The notes under the pieces are model-generated. The model was not told the origin of the DNA. It was given only the letters and a program-made list of their open reading frames with translations, and did not search any database. The position numbers and the translations under genes are program-made. Of a stretch of DNA of 64,000 nt, positions 17,901-28,529 are shown piece after piece (the stretch's first letter is position 1; each line of letters starts with the position of its first letter). The DNA comes from a virus (Duplodnaviria > Heunggongvirae > Uroviricota > Caudoviricetes): IMG/VR virus record IMGVR_UViG_3300042940_001739; one strand, given 5' to 3'.

Positions 17901-19144
17901 TGGTAAATAAAAACAATTTAAAAGGAGATATTCAGTTAATTCGTCGTGTATTGGAAACTACGCCAATAAATTTAGGACAATTAACTTTAGATCCAATTAC
18001 AGCTGATCAACAAGCTCGGTACCGTACTGATGGATTAACGTATATTTCAAATAATGAATCCGTTATCCCAAGAGATAGTGCAGGCAATATTGTACTGCAA
18101 GAATCTTCTACTACGAACCCATTGTTAATTATTGATCCAGTAGCTGAATTAATAACTACTAAATCAGCTTTAAAAGTTTTAGATACTAGATTTCAATATT
18201 ATAAATTCCCAGTAACAATTAAACCATCAGCTGATGTTGAAGATTTAGTTATAGATTTAGATTTTGAATCTGATACTATTGCAGCGCGATATACAATTCC
18301 TGCTGCGATTGATGCACAGGGACAACCACAAGGATATCAGAGAATTGCAACATCATATTCTGATACTTGGTTTACGAATGGCGGAGATCTTTATGCCGGC
18401 TACAGTAGATTACCGTTTGCGGGTGGACAACAATCTGAAATTGGATCATATACAATTACGCCGGAAATATTAGAAGCATTACGTGCTAAAAATAAAACAC
18501 TTAAATTTTCAATACAAGCACAATTTACAAGTGAAAACCAAGATGATGCTGTAGGATTTAATATGACTATCAGTCGTAATATGCCAGAAGCATGGAGATC
18601 AACAGGAACTACTTATAGAGTACGATCTGAGTCTAATGGTATATTTGGTGGAAATGAATATCCATTCTTTCAACTTGAATATGTAGTTGATATATTTAAT
18701 GATGCTGCGGCATATGATATGTATTTTATCGAAGTTCAAGCTGGTGCTAGGTCTTGGGTATTAACACCGAATTGTTATTGGAAAATTGATGTTATTGATA
18801 TCCCTACAACGCCATCATTAAATGGAGATATAGGTACTGGTGTTTATTCATTTAGTGATAATTGTATATTAGTTGAAGTAACAAATGCAGGAACTACATT
18901 TACAGATATATTTGAAAAGCGTAACGGTCAATTAATATCATTACCACAATATACTTTAGATAATTCACAAACTTCTGCTAGTAATCCAATGGGTAATGTG
19001 TCGGAAGATATTGATGAAACATATCCTCCATATGGAGAACCAGGAATAAGTGGTGAGACTAGGCCATATTATGATACAGATGGTAATCAAATTGCAACAT
19101 TTGTATGGGATGCAGATGCACAACGTTGGGAACAAGAAGAATGA
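17900..19144 (+). CDS. Hypothetical structural-module protein
   Basis: 414-aa ORF coupled to both neighbours. Confidence 0.65.
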   Translation: MVNKNNLKGDIQLIRRVLETTPINLGQLTLDPITADQQARYRTDGLTYISNNESVIPRDSAGNIVLQESSTTNPLLIIDPVAELITTKSALKVLDTRFQYYKFPVTIKPSADVEDLVIDLDFESDTIAARYTIPAAIDAQGQPQGYQRIATSYSDTWFTNGGDLYAGYSRLPFAGGQQSEIGSYTITPEILEALRAKNKTLKFSIQAQFTSENQDDAVGFNMTISRNMPEAWRSTGTTYRVRSESNGIFGGNEYPFFQLEYVVDIFNDAAAYDMYFIEVQAGARSWVLTPNCYWKIDVIDIPTTPSLNGDIGTGVYSFSDNCILVEVTNAGTTFTDIFEKRNGQLISLPQYTLDNSQTSASNPMGNVSEDIDETYPPYGEPGISGETRPYYDTDGNQIATFVWDADAQRWEQEE

Positions 19145-22100
19145 TTACACAATATAAAAATATCGAGCAAATACAAACTGCAACTAAATCTGTTTCAGCA
19201 ACACGTTTAGAAAAATCAAAAACTGATCTTTTAAGCTATTCTGCAACTAATCGTATTTCACAGGTTCCACAAATTACTAGCGCAACAAATGATTTGCGTA
19301 CAGAGCTTCATGTATACGCAGGAGATTCTTGGATAACTGGTAATCATAAGATACAACTACGAACAAAAATACCACAATATAAAGATAAAATAACTAACCA
19401 AACAATCAAATTACCTAGCAAGCCAATTGCAATTGATTTATATAGTGAATTTGAAAAATTAAAATTAACAGCAGGAAATTTTAAAATTGCAGTTAACTTT
19501 TTTAAAAACTTAATTGGTAGTTATGAACAACAACATTTAAGAATTGACGAAATATCTCCGGACCGAACTGAGTTACGTTTACGTGCTATTGATGAAGATA
19601 ATGCAGAGTTCTTAAAACAATTAACAACTTATATACAAACAGTTAATCATACTTCTACGGAATTTCATAAGACTTACGTTTTAAATTTTAGTAGAAATCA
19701 AACTTTAATGTTTGTTAATAGTGTTGTAATAGGAGAATATGTATATATTAAATTATATGAGCCATTACCTAATACAATCGACGTTAATTTTAAGTGTTGG
19801 GTTGTAGAAGAATTAAAAAGTCCATACATTGATAATGTTGCTATTCAACCAGCACAGTCAATTAAAAAATTTAATAAACTTTCAAATCCAAATTGGCAAG
19901 CAAATTATTCATATAATACGTCAACTGAAACTGGATTGAAAAACTGGAATGACTTATTAGGGTCATCAGTTCAAACATCTCAACAAATTGTTGATGCATA
20001 TTTTTCAGGAAGTTTATCAGGAGTTAAACTGAATATTGATTATTCAGATTTCAATAACTTTGTATTTTATAGTTCAGCCGTTGAACGTTTAGAAAATTTT
20101 AGATATAAATTAGGATTACTAGAATATTATACATCGCAATCGTTAGTTGTGTCTGAATTATCAGGAAGTGTTGCAACAACAAATGCAGCTGATTATGAGT
20201 TAACTAAAACAAATTTAATCAGCGGCTTTGATGCATTTGAGCAGTATTTATATTATCAATCATCTTCTATATTAGCTACATATGAAATTCCTCACGAATC
20301 TCCGAATGTAACTCAGATAACCGGTAGTTATATTACTCCAGTTCCAAAAACAAATTCTACAATACCATATACAATTTCAACTACAACTAGTACGGAATTT
20401 AATACTTGGTATAATAAATTAATTGCTACCGCTTCATTATATGATTCATTGAATATTAATGCATTAGTTTATACTATTCCAGAATATATTCGTTACGATG
20501 TAAATAATCAAGAATTATCTACATTTGTTAATATGTTAGGACATCATTATGATATACTTTATACGTATATTAATCATATGTCTAAAACAAATAAACGAGA
20601 AGAAAATCCTAAATTAGGAATGCCTAATGAATTATTATATTCTGTAGCAAAACAATTTGGATGGAATTTAACTGATGGTAATCAATATCAAGAACTGTGG
20701 CAATATGTATTAGGAACAAATTCAGCCGGCACTCCACTAACTGGTTCAAATACAGTAGGTGATCCGAGTGTACCTGGTCGTGATATGACTTATGCAGTAT
20801 GGAGACGTATTGTTAACAATTTGCCTTTATTATTAAAAAGTAAAGGAACAAAACGAAGTATTCAAGCATTGTTATCATGTTATGGTATTCCACAATCAAT
20901 GATATCAATTAATGAGTATGGCGGTCCTAGATTAGATCGTACTCCAGTATATGAAAAATTAAACTTTGATTATGCGTTAGATTTATTAGCTAATCCAGCT
21001 GGTACTGTAACAATAAATTATACACAACCTATAAACAGCGTAGAGCTTCGTTTTAGAACGGATAATGTAGTTACAAACCCGACGATGTCAAGTACCATGA
21101 ATTTATTTAACATAGGTTCAAACGCAGTAACATTAGATTATACTAGTGGTACTATGGGGTCTATTCAAATTAATGGGACATCATCATTAGATATTGAAAT
21201 GTTTGATGGTGGTTGGTTAACTGCTTTATTAAAAACATCGGGATCTGCTTTACAAGTTGTAGCAAAACGATCTAAATATGGAAAAATAGTTGCAGCAGTT
21301 TCTGCTTCAGCAACGGCATCATTTACTAGCACCGGAACATTAACGTTAGGTAGCACTAGTACAGGAGCAACACGTTTGCAAGGTCAATTGCAAGAGTTAA
21401 GATTGTGGACTTCTAGTTTAAATGATGTTGCATTTGATAATCATGTTAAAGCACCTGCAGCATATGATGGTAATGTTGATACGTATTCTGAATTAGTATT
21501 TAGATTACCATTAACACAAAAAATTAATCATTTAGCTACAAGTAGTTTATCAGGTGTCGAACCTAATTACTCAGCAATATCTGCTTCATTTGCAAGTTGG
21601 ACTAATAATACTCCATATGATTCAATTGAAGAAACATATTATTATAATGCACCGTCTTTAGGAGCGGGAACATTTGATGACAATAAAATACGTTTAGAAG
21701 ATAATAATTTAGTTGGAACATTAGATGTTAAAACTAGGGCCGAGCGTAGTCAATTTGACAAATCTCCTTTAGACAGTAAAAAGTTAGGAGTTTATTTTTC
21801 TCCGCAAACAATGATTGACGAAGATATCATTGCTCATTTCGGATATGAAGAATTAGATCAATATATTGGAGACCCGGGTGCGGCAGATGCTAAATCATAT
21901 CCAAGATTAATTCAAGCAGCACAAAGCTATTGGAAAAAATATTCAGATAGAAATGATATCAATGCATATATTAATATGTTTACGTTGTTCGATTTATCAT
22001 TCTTCAAGCAACTAGAACAATTATTACCTGCACGAACTGATAAATTATTAGGAATATTAATACAACCTAATTTATTAGAACGTAGCAAAGACAAAATTCT

Positions 22101-22728
22101 TCCAGAAATTAAACGTTATGATTCTGTATATAACGTTATTATTGATAATATTGCACCAACAGGCTCCGGAGATTATCTTCAATATATTGGAACAATGGAT
22201 GGTAAAATTCTAGATATTGTTGCAACAGATGATGATCAATGGCAAATGTATATAACTGCATCTGCAGAAAAGAAATATAATGGAACTACTTATTCATATG
22301 CTTATTTAATTCCATCTGCTAGTACTTGGATAACTGCATCAACACCTAGTTGGAGAAGTGAAGCATTAGCGCCAGTAATAATCACACCTAAAACAAGTGA
22401 ACATGTATATGTATCAGGTTCAGTTTCATATTCTTCAGGATCGTCAGGTTTAACTGCAACTTATGGTGCAGGTGCATATGGAACAGCTACATATTATTTA
22501 GATCCGGTTGGCGCAGGGTTTGAGGGAACTTTAGCAACTGTACAAGATTATTTACCGACTGGTATACGTAATCAAAGATATGACGGATCTAAAATTTCTA
22601 GTCCGAGATTCAATGTTAATTCTACTCAAACAGTAGATGGCGGCCCGGTAGTTGAATTTAGATCAGCTAATCCAAATCAGTTGGTTTATCAACAAAATGG
22701 AGAACAAGGTAGTTTTGTATTAGTTTAA
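19141..22728 (+). CDS. Large baseplate/tail protein with LamG-like domain
   Basis: Probable ATG at 19141 (ATGA overlap); LLKSKGTKRSIQALLSCYGIP P2 gpI-like motif; SVELRF...LQELRLW LamG pattern. Confidence 0.7.
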   Translation: MITQYKNIEQIQTATKSVSATRLEKSKTDLLSYSATNRISQVPQITSATNDLRTELHVYAGDSWITGNHKIQLRTKIPQYKDKITNQTIKLPSKPIAIDLYSEFEKLKLTAGNFKIAVNFFKNLIGSYEQQHLRIDEISPDRTELRLRAIDEDNAEFLKQLTTYIQTVNHTSTEFHKTYVLNFSRNQTLMFVNSVVIGEYVYIKLYEPLPNTIDVNFKCWVVEELKSPYIDNVAIQPAQSIKKFNKLSNPNWQANYSYNTSTETGLKNWNDLLGSSVQTSQQIVDAYFSGSLSGVKLNIDYSDFNNFVFYSSAVERLENFRYKLGLLEYYTSQSLVVSELSGSVATTNAADYELTKTNLISGFDAFEQYLYYQSSSILATYEIPHESPNVTQITGSYITPVPKTNSTIPYTISTTTSTEFNTWYNKLIATASLYDSLNINALVYTIPEYIRYDVNNQELSTFVNMLGHHYDILYTYINHMSKTNKREENPKLGMPNELLYSVAKQFGWNLTDGNQYQELWQYVLGTNSAGTPLTGSNTVGDPSVPGRDMTYAVWRRIVNNLPLLLKSKGTKRSIQALLSCYGIPQSMISINEYGGPRLDRTPVYEKLNFDYALDLLANPAGTVTINYTQPINSVELRFRTDNVVTNPTMSSTMNLFNIGSNAVTLDYTSGTMGSIQINGTSSLDIEMFDGGWLTALLKTSGSALQVVAKRSKYGKIVAAVSASATASFTSTGTLTLGSTSTGATRLQGQLQELRLWTSSLNDVAFDNHVKAPAAYDGNVDTYSELVFRLPLTQKINHLATSSLSGVEPNYSAISASFASWTNNTPYDSIEETYYYNAPSLGAGTFDDNKIRLEDNNLVGTLDVKTRAERSQFDKSPLDSKKLGVYFSPQTMIDEDIIAHFGYEELDQYIGDPGAADAKSYPRLIQAAQSYWKKYSDRNDINAYINMFTLFDLSFFKQLEQLLPARTDKLLGILIQPNLLERSKDKILPEIKRYDSVYNVIIDNIAPTGSGDYLQYIGTMDGKILDIVATDDDQWQMYITASAEKKYNGTTYSYAYLIPSASTWITASTPSWRSEALAPVIITPKTSEHVYVSGSVSYSSGSSGLTATYGAGAYGTATYYLDPVGAGFEGTLATVQDYLPTGIRNQRYDGSKISSPRFNVNSTQTVDGGPVVEFRSANPNQLVYQQNGEQGSFVLV

Positions 22729-22777
22729 CAGCAAAATTAACAATATGTATATTTATATAAAATAAGGTTAAAACACT

Positions 22778-23428
22778 ATGGGATATTTAGATAATACGAG
22801 CGTAACAATTGACGCTATATTAACATTAAAAGGCCGTGAGTTGCTAGCTAAGGGCGGAAATGCTTTTAGTATTACTCAATTTGCAGTAGGAGATGATGAA
22901 GTAGATTATTCATTATGGAATCCAGATCATCCACTTGGAACAAATTATTATGGTACTATTATTGAAAATATGCCAATCACAGAAGCTATTCCAGATGAAA
23001 CTCAAGCTCTTAAATATAAATTAATTACATTACCAAAACAAACAACAAATATTCCGGTTGTAACTGTAGGTAATACATTAATTACATTATCAGCTCCTGG
23101 TGATAGTGCAGTAATTGCTCCGAATACAAGCAACTTCCAAGGAGGAAATGCTAATCTAGGATATACTGCTATTTTATCTGATTCAACAGTTGCAGATATT
23201 CAAGTAACAAGAGCTGTTCAAAATTCAGTTCTTCCAACTACACCTAGATTTATTGGAGATAATGAAGATGCACAAAGTGTTGCAGTAGCAGGGTTTGAAT
23301 TCCGTATTGTTGCTAAGACTCAAATGCTAGAAGATAAAACTGCTTCAGTTACTATCATAGCAAATGAAACGGGTGGTAGTGTGACAATTAATTTAACAGT
23401 TAAAAAAGCAACAACTGCAACTTTATAA
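22778..23428 (+). CDS. Virion structural protein (tail/baseplate module)
   Basis: MGYLDNTSVTIDAILTLKGRELLA, ITQFAVGDDEVDY; late-type motif at 22749. Confidence 0.6.
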   Translation: MGYLDNTSVTIDAILTLKGRELLAKGGNAFSITQFAVGDDEVDYSLWNPDHPLGTNYYGTIIENMPITEAIPDETQALKYKLITLPKQTTNIPVVTVGNTLITLSAPGDSAVIAPNTSNFQGGNANLGYTAILSDSTVADIQVTRAVQNSVLPTTPRFIGDNEDAQSVAVAGFEFRIVAKTQMLEDKTASVTIIANETGGSVTINLTVKKATTATL

Positions 23429-23440
23429 ATAGGTAAAGAT

Positions 23441-24727
23441 ATGAACAACTCATTAATGATCAAAAATTTAAAACAACAACCTAGACACGGTGGTACGCCA
23501 ACTAGAACTGCAATTGCATCTAGATCAGCATTACCAACTAGTCCAGCTCCAGCAGCTGCTGCAGCAACGAGTGCTGCCGTAACGCAACAAGTTCAGCAAT
23601 TAGCTCAAGCATTAGCTAATCAAATGATTGCAGAACAACAACAAAGTCAAATACTTTCTAGAAACGGACGAGTATATACAAAATTTGATTCTGTTAATGA
23701 TATAGTTTCAAATCAAACTGAAGTAGTTACTGGTGGGTTGTGGTCTGATAATGTTGCTAGTTTAACAACTTATTTTACATCATCAACAGCTACAACATCG
23801 CAACGTAGATATTATATCGATGTATATCAAGACGCCCCAGCAAATGAAGGAGCAGCAGTACAATATTCATTAGCATATGGTCATGCATTAGGAAGTGGAT
23901 CTGATTCACAAGGTCAATTGAATGATTCACCTAGTAAAGCAGTATATTCTCAATATCGTCAGTTATTACTTAATCCAACAGACACTAGATTTACAACTGC
24001 TGGTAGTGGAAGTACTGATTATATTTATGTTGTTAATTTCAAACGTAATCGTTTAAAAGAACGTTTAGATGCTGGTAATTTTGAATTGCCATTAGCTAAT
24101 ATTACAGCTAGATCAGTAAATGCAACTGGTTCTGTAACTGCAGGATCTTCTATAATTACATTAATTGATGACTCTTCAATTGCGTCAGCTACAAATGTAG
24201 GAGCAGGGAAAGTTTATAATATCGTTTCCGGTTCAATTGCAACCGGTGTACATAATCCAGCTGCACCTAAGTATTATGGACTTGTTTATCCTGATTATGG
24301 AACTTTAATATTAGATGGTAAAATGATGGATCAACAATTAGGATTTAAAACTAATTTAAGTTCTAGTGTTGAAGGTAATAACCATTTCACATTACATCAT
24401 TCAATTTCTGCTTCAGCATTACAAACAAATCCATTAACATCAGATCCTTATGGATTCCAAGCACGTAGCTCAGAAAAAGTTACTAGTACACATTACTTTG
24501 TAAGAATTAAAAATGCTGAATATAATTTCTCTAACAACCCTTCATATGTAACAGGTAGTGTTGGTCAATTAGCTCAAACATCATTTGTCGGTGATCCTAA
24601 AACATATATCACAACAGTTGGTTTATATAATGACCGTCAAGAGTTATTAGCAGTAGCTAAATTAAGTCAACCATTATTAAAATCATTCCAAAGAGAAGCA
24701 CTAATTAGAGTTAAATTAGATTTCTAA
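23441..24727 (+). CDS. Virion structural protein
   Basis: C-terminal YITTVGLYNDRQELLAVAKLSQP motif shared with next gene. Confidence 0.6.
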   Translation: MNNSLMIKNLKQQPRHGGTPTRTAIASRSALPTSPAPAAAAATSAAVTQQVQQLAQALANQMIAEQQQSQILSRNGRVYTKFDSVNDIVSNQTEVVTGGLWSDNVASLTTYFTSSTATTSQRRYYIDVYQDAPANEGAAVQYSLAYGHALGSGSDSQGQLNDSPSKAVYSQYRQLLLNPTDTRFTTAGSGSTDYIYVVNFKRNRLKERLDAGNFELPLANITARSVNATGSVTAGSSIITLIDDSSIASATNVGAGKVYNIVSGSIATGVHNPAAPKYYGLVYPDYGTLILDGKMMDQQLGFKTNLSSSVEGNNHFTLHHSISASALQTNPLTSDPYGFQARSSEKVTSTHYFVRIKNAEYNFSNNPSYVTGSVGQLAQTSFVGDPKTYITTVGLYNDRQELLAVAKLSQPLLKSFQREALIRVKLDF

Positions 24728-24743
24728 AATAATACACTGAATT

Positions 24744-24786
24744 AAGCCCTGTTATATTTATATTAAATGTAGCAGGGTTTTTACTG
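24744..24786 (+). terminator. Intrinsic terminator enclosing a late-promoter motif
   Basis: CCCTGTTATATTT/AAATGTAGCAGGG 13-bp stem (with G-U) followed by TTTTTACTG. Confidence 0.65.
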
Positions 24787-24789
24787 ATT

Positions 24790-26361
24790 ATGGCAGAATC
24801 TAAAATAACAAATATTGAACAATCATATCAAGGCATATATCCATCTGTTTTTAAAAAGATAGATGCAGCTGATGTAATGATTAATCCTTTCCAAGTTTTT
24901 AAAACATGGTCTGTAGTTTCTGGTAGCGCTACTAGTAGTATGTTACCATTACAAGCTATTTATTCTGATATAAATTATTTGCCGGCATTAGGATCTGAAT
25001 TAACATTTAATGATGCTAAAAATATTGATGGCAGTTTGCAAACTGTAACATATTGGAGTGTCAATCATTTATATTATAAACATAAAGAATCTCCAGCATT
25101 AACATTCGGGCCGACAGATTTAACTCGTACTAAAAAAGCTTTATATCAATCAGCTTCGATATTATCTTTTCCACAAAATAAAATTGGAGAAGGAATTAAA
25201 TCAACATCATTTACATTTACTGGCTCATTGAATTTAGCAACTGATAAGTATAGCAATTTATATGATGTTGCATTTAATACAAGTTCGATAGTTAGCGATG
25301 TTAAATGGTATGACGGATTCAATGAATATTTTGATTCTTCTAGATTTACTAATACTAATTCAGGTATAACTTTTATACCAGGAGTTCCTACAACAAATGG
25401 AGCACAGCTACCTATAGGATATGCGGCTAAATTTAATGGCTCTGGTTATATTGAATCTTCGTTAAATGGATTATATGATCGAGATAACGATTATGCTATT
25501 TCATTTTTTATATCTGCATCAAATACAAGTATAACAAATCAATTGGTATTAGCAAAAGCTTCTAGTAGCTTAACTCCATCATATCCATTTAAAATTGAAT
25601 TAAGTGGAAGTAATCAATTAGTATTTTCAGCTGCAGGTAGTACTACATTTAAAACTCAAATAACATCGTCTGCTACAATGACGTCATGGAAACATGTTGT
25701 TTGTCAAAAATCTGGAAGTTCATTACAATTATATATCGATGGGACGTTACATGCATCTATAACTAATACATTACTTGTTAATACAATGTCTCCATTTACA
25801 GCTTCAGCTCGTATAGACAATACAAGTAACTTGTTCATTGGCGGTTTTAATAGTCTAAGCTCAAACCTACAAGGAGTTTTAGATGAAGTTAGAATCTTTA
25901 ATAAGTCACTTACAACTAGCAATATAAGTTCTTTAAAAGACCGTAGTGAAGGTGGAACATTTTTACAAACTGGAAATGTTGGTAATGTATTTAGTAAACA
26001 AGGAGTAGTTGTAATTTCATCTCCGGATTATCGTTATCATAATTTAATTAATGCACCATTTACTGCTAGTTATAGGAGTACTGTAACTATAAATGAATTA
26101 AGCATTTTAACAAAATTAGATGCTGGTGATTTTAATATGTCAACTAATTTATCATTAACGAGAGATGATGATTCAACTTATCTTCCATTTGCAACCGGAA
26201 GTGTATTTGCCCCATATATCACAACAATTGGATTATATAATGATTCAGGTGAATTGTTAGCAATTGGCAAATTAGCTCAACCTATTAAAAAACGTGATGA
26301 CGTAGATATGAATTTCTTAATTCGTATTGATTTAGATAAAAATATTTCATTTAAAGGATAA
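24790..26361 (+). CDS. LamG/concanavalin-like domain virion protein
   Basis: WKHVVCQK...LQLYIDG...GVLDEVRIFNKSL LamG signature; C-terminal YITTIGLYND..ELLAIGKLAQP. Confidence 0.8.
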   Translation: MAESKITNIEQSYQGIYPSVFKKIDAADVMINPFQVFKTWSVVSGSATSSMLPLQAIYSDINYLPALGSELTFNDAKNIDGSLQTVTYWSVNHLYYKHKESPALTFGPTDLTRTKKALYQSASILSFPQNKIGEGIKSTSFTFTGSLNLATDKYSNLYDVAFNTSSIVSDVKWYDGFNEYFDSSRFTNTNSGITFIPGVPTTNGAQLPIGYAAKFNGSGYIESSLNGLYDRDNDYAISFFISASNTSITNQLVLAKASSSLTPSYPFKIELSGSNQLVFSAAGSTTFKTQITSSATMTSWKHVVCQKSGSSLQLYIDGTLHASITNTLLVNTMSPFTASARIDNTSNLFIGGFNSLSSNLQGVLDEVRIFNKSLTTSNISSLKDRSEGGTFLQTGNVGNVFSKQGVVVISSPDYRYHNLINAPFTASYRSTVTINELSILTKLDAGDFNMSTNLSLTRDDDSTYLPFATGSVFAPYITTIGLYNDSGELLAIGKLAQPIKKRDDVDMNFLIRIDLDKNISFKG

Positions 26362-26362
26362 A

Positions 26363-26905
26363 ATGATACGATTAAAATCATTATTAGAAATAGTTGATGA
26401 CGAATTAGCTAGATTGCTAGATAAAATAAAAAATAAACAGTTTCGTTTTATTGGTGCTGGCGACAACGGTCGAGTATATGAAATTGATGGAGAAGATCGT
26501 TGTTTTAAGATTACTCAAGAACGAGATGAATTTGAAGTAGCTAAAGTAATTGTAGGACGTTGGTCAGAATTTACAACATTTATCCCGATATATTATGTTA
26601 ATGAAGAAAAACATTTATATATCATGGCAAATGCTGACCCTATTTCTTCTTCAATTAAAATAATGATTGATAGATTTTTACAAGAGTTTACGCAATATGC
26701 ACGTGCAGAAGGCGGCGAAGTTAGTATTTTTGAATTTTTAGATAATGACGGTGCTAGAAATACTGACCCGAAACTTGTTAATTTTTTACGTGCATTACAA
26801 AAAGATGTTGAACGTACAGGAATTGAAGAATTTGATTTAGATTTAGATTTTAATTCAAGCAATGTAATGATGTGGAACGGAAATATAGTCTTAGTTGACT
26901 GGTAA
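26363..26905 (+). CDS. Protein-kinase-like fold enzyme with MIRLKSLLE leader
   Basis: IGAGDNGRVY Gly loop, FKIT (beta3 Lys), DEFE (alphaC Glu), DFNSSNVM catalytic loop, VLVDW (DFG-equivalent). Confidence 0.75.
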   Translation: MIRLKSLLEIVDDELARLLDKIKNKQFRFIGAGDNGRVYEIDGEDRCFKITQERDEFEVAKVIVGRWSEFTTFIPIYYVNEEKHLYIMANADPISSSIKIMIDRFLQEFTQYARAEGGEVSIFEFLDNDGARNTDPKLVNFLRALQKDVERTGIEEFDLDLDFNSSNVMMWNGNIVLVDW

Positions 26906-26920
26906 TGAATATTTATATAT

Positions 26921-28513
26921 ATGAAATCAAATTTATTAGAACAAATAATTAAATCAGCATTGCAAGAGCAATATGTTAAGAGTGGGTTTATAAAGCCGAT
27001 GTCTAACTCTAAAAGAAATCAAGTTGTAGCTAATGGTGGTATTACTGGGTTTGAACTTCATATGAAGTTTAAAGGAGATCATGGCGATTTATCTGTAATG
27101 ATATCTAATATAAAAAGTCGTATTTTAGTTGATGACAGAACTGGCCCTGGTAGTAGATTTGATGTATTAGATTCTGCTGTTGATCAACCTAGATACATGT
27201 ATGTTATCGGAGATGATGTTTTAAAATCAAAACGCCGCGCATTATTAAATATATGGGTTATTGCTTATAGTCCACTTGCAGAATTAGCTAAAAAAATTGA
27301 TAGTTTAAATAAAAATGATCGATATCAAATACAATTGAAATCTGTAGTTGAATTTCTTGTAGGCGGAATTCCAACATATACATGGTCAGATGCAGCTAAA
27401 TGGATCGCGGTATTAAAAATGCAATCTACATCATTGAAATTTGAATTATTTGATCCTCAACTTAAAAGAAAAGTTGAATTTCCTAACTTAGGTACAATTA
27501 ATAAACTAGAAACAGAACTTCCAGATGTTGCAACTAAAATAGTAAAAATTGATGATACAAATCGTGGAGATTATGATGGTATTGCAGATTTTACTGGAGA
27601 ACTTGAAATTTCATATGATACTAAGGGTAATGAACAAGCAACATATATAAATGGTAGTATATCTGTATATCGTACAGGCGATGGAAAACATGGTACGTAT
27701 ACTGGTACTTTTAAAGATGGAATGCCCTTTAAAGGAACAGCGATTTGGGATGATGGTGAAAAATGGGAAGGCGAATTGCAATCAACGAAAAGTGTAGATC
27801 CTAACACAGGTGATCAAGATTTCCATTTTACTTCAACCGGAGCTAAAATAACAAACTCAACATCAACTAATTCAGAAACATATAGGCTAGAATATCCATA
27901 TACAATTCCAGCAGGTTCAGTTGCAGGGAGTATTGTATATACTATGTCAGACACAGATAAATGGGTTTATGTAAAAGTTAATGATGAGTGGTATACAACA
28001 AATAAAATTGATTTTGAACGACAACAGTTAGATGGAGGCCCTAGGCCAAATGAAAAATTGATTCCTAAAACAGAAACAGATGTGTATGCAAAATTAGATG
28101 CATTAGTAGTAAAAACGCCAGGTGCCCCAACTACAAATAATTCTTCTAATACAGACCAACCAACTACGAATAATTCGGATCAATCGGTTGATACTAAAAA
28201 TACTAAAGATAATAATCCACTCGTACAACCACTCGTACAACGAGAAAAACCAAAAACTGATAAAAATAAAACAACGGTGGAATTCTTAAATAAAGAGAAA
28301 TCTAAAAACAGAAATGGTATTGCATTTATCAAAGTATCTGAAACGCCAATTTATAATTATAAAAATAAACAATGGGTAAAAGCAGGAACATATAATCCAA
28401 AAGATGGTCAATATATTGCATACTTAGGAAATTCGTCAGATTATAAATACATACGAGTTAAATTTGTAAAAGATAAAAAAGTATATTGGATACCAACATC
28501 ATCAGTAAAATAA
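26921..28513 (+). CDS. Multi-domain protein: leader, MORN-like repeats, T/N linker, C-terminal SH3b-like domain
   Basis: GTYTGTFKDGMPFKGTAIWDDGEKWEGEL MORN-like; C-terminal YIRVKF...VYWIPTSSV SH3b-like; late-type motif at 26909. Confidence 0.55.
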   Translation: MKSNLLEQIIKSALQEQYVKSGFIKPMSNSKRNQVVANGGITGFELHMKFKGDHGDLSVMISNIKSRILVDDRTGPGSRFDVLDSAVDQPRYMYVIGDDVLKSKRRALLNIWVIAYSPLAELAKKIDSLNKNDRYQIQLKSVVEFLVGGIPTYTWSDAAKWIAVLKMQSTSLKFELFDPQLKRKVEFPNLGTINKLETELPDVATKIVKIDDTNRGDYDGIADFTGELEISYDTKGNEQATYINGSISVYRTGDGKHGTYTGTFKDGMPFKGTAIWDDGEKWEGELQSTKSVDPNTGDQDFHFTSTGAKITNSTSTNSETYRLEYPYTIPAGSVAGSIVYTMSDTDKWVYVKVNDEWYTTNKIDFERQQLDGGPRPNEKLIPKTETDVYAKLDALVVKTPGAPTTNNSSNTDQPTTNNSDQSVDTKNTKDNNPLVQPLVQREKPKTDKNKTTVEFLNKEKSKNRNGIAFIKVSETPIYNYKNKQWVKAGTYNPKDGQYIAYLGNSSDYKYIRVKFVKDKKVYWIPTSSVK

Positions 28514-28529
28514 AATTTAATAACTAGTT

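Noticed and set aside
19105-19140. Upstream ATG giving an MGCRCTTLGTRR extension
   Set aside because: Lies within the previous gene; the ATGA-coupled start at 19141 is more plausible
22778-24727. Tail tube/sheath assignment
   Set aside because: No recognisable gp18/gp19 motifs; left as generic structural proteins, and sheath/tube probably lie outside the window
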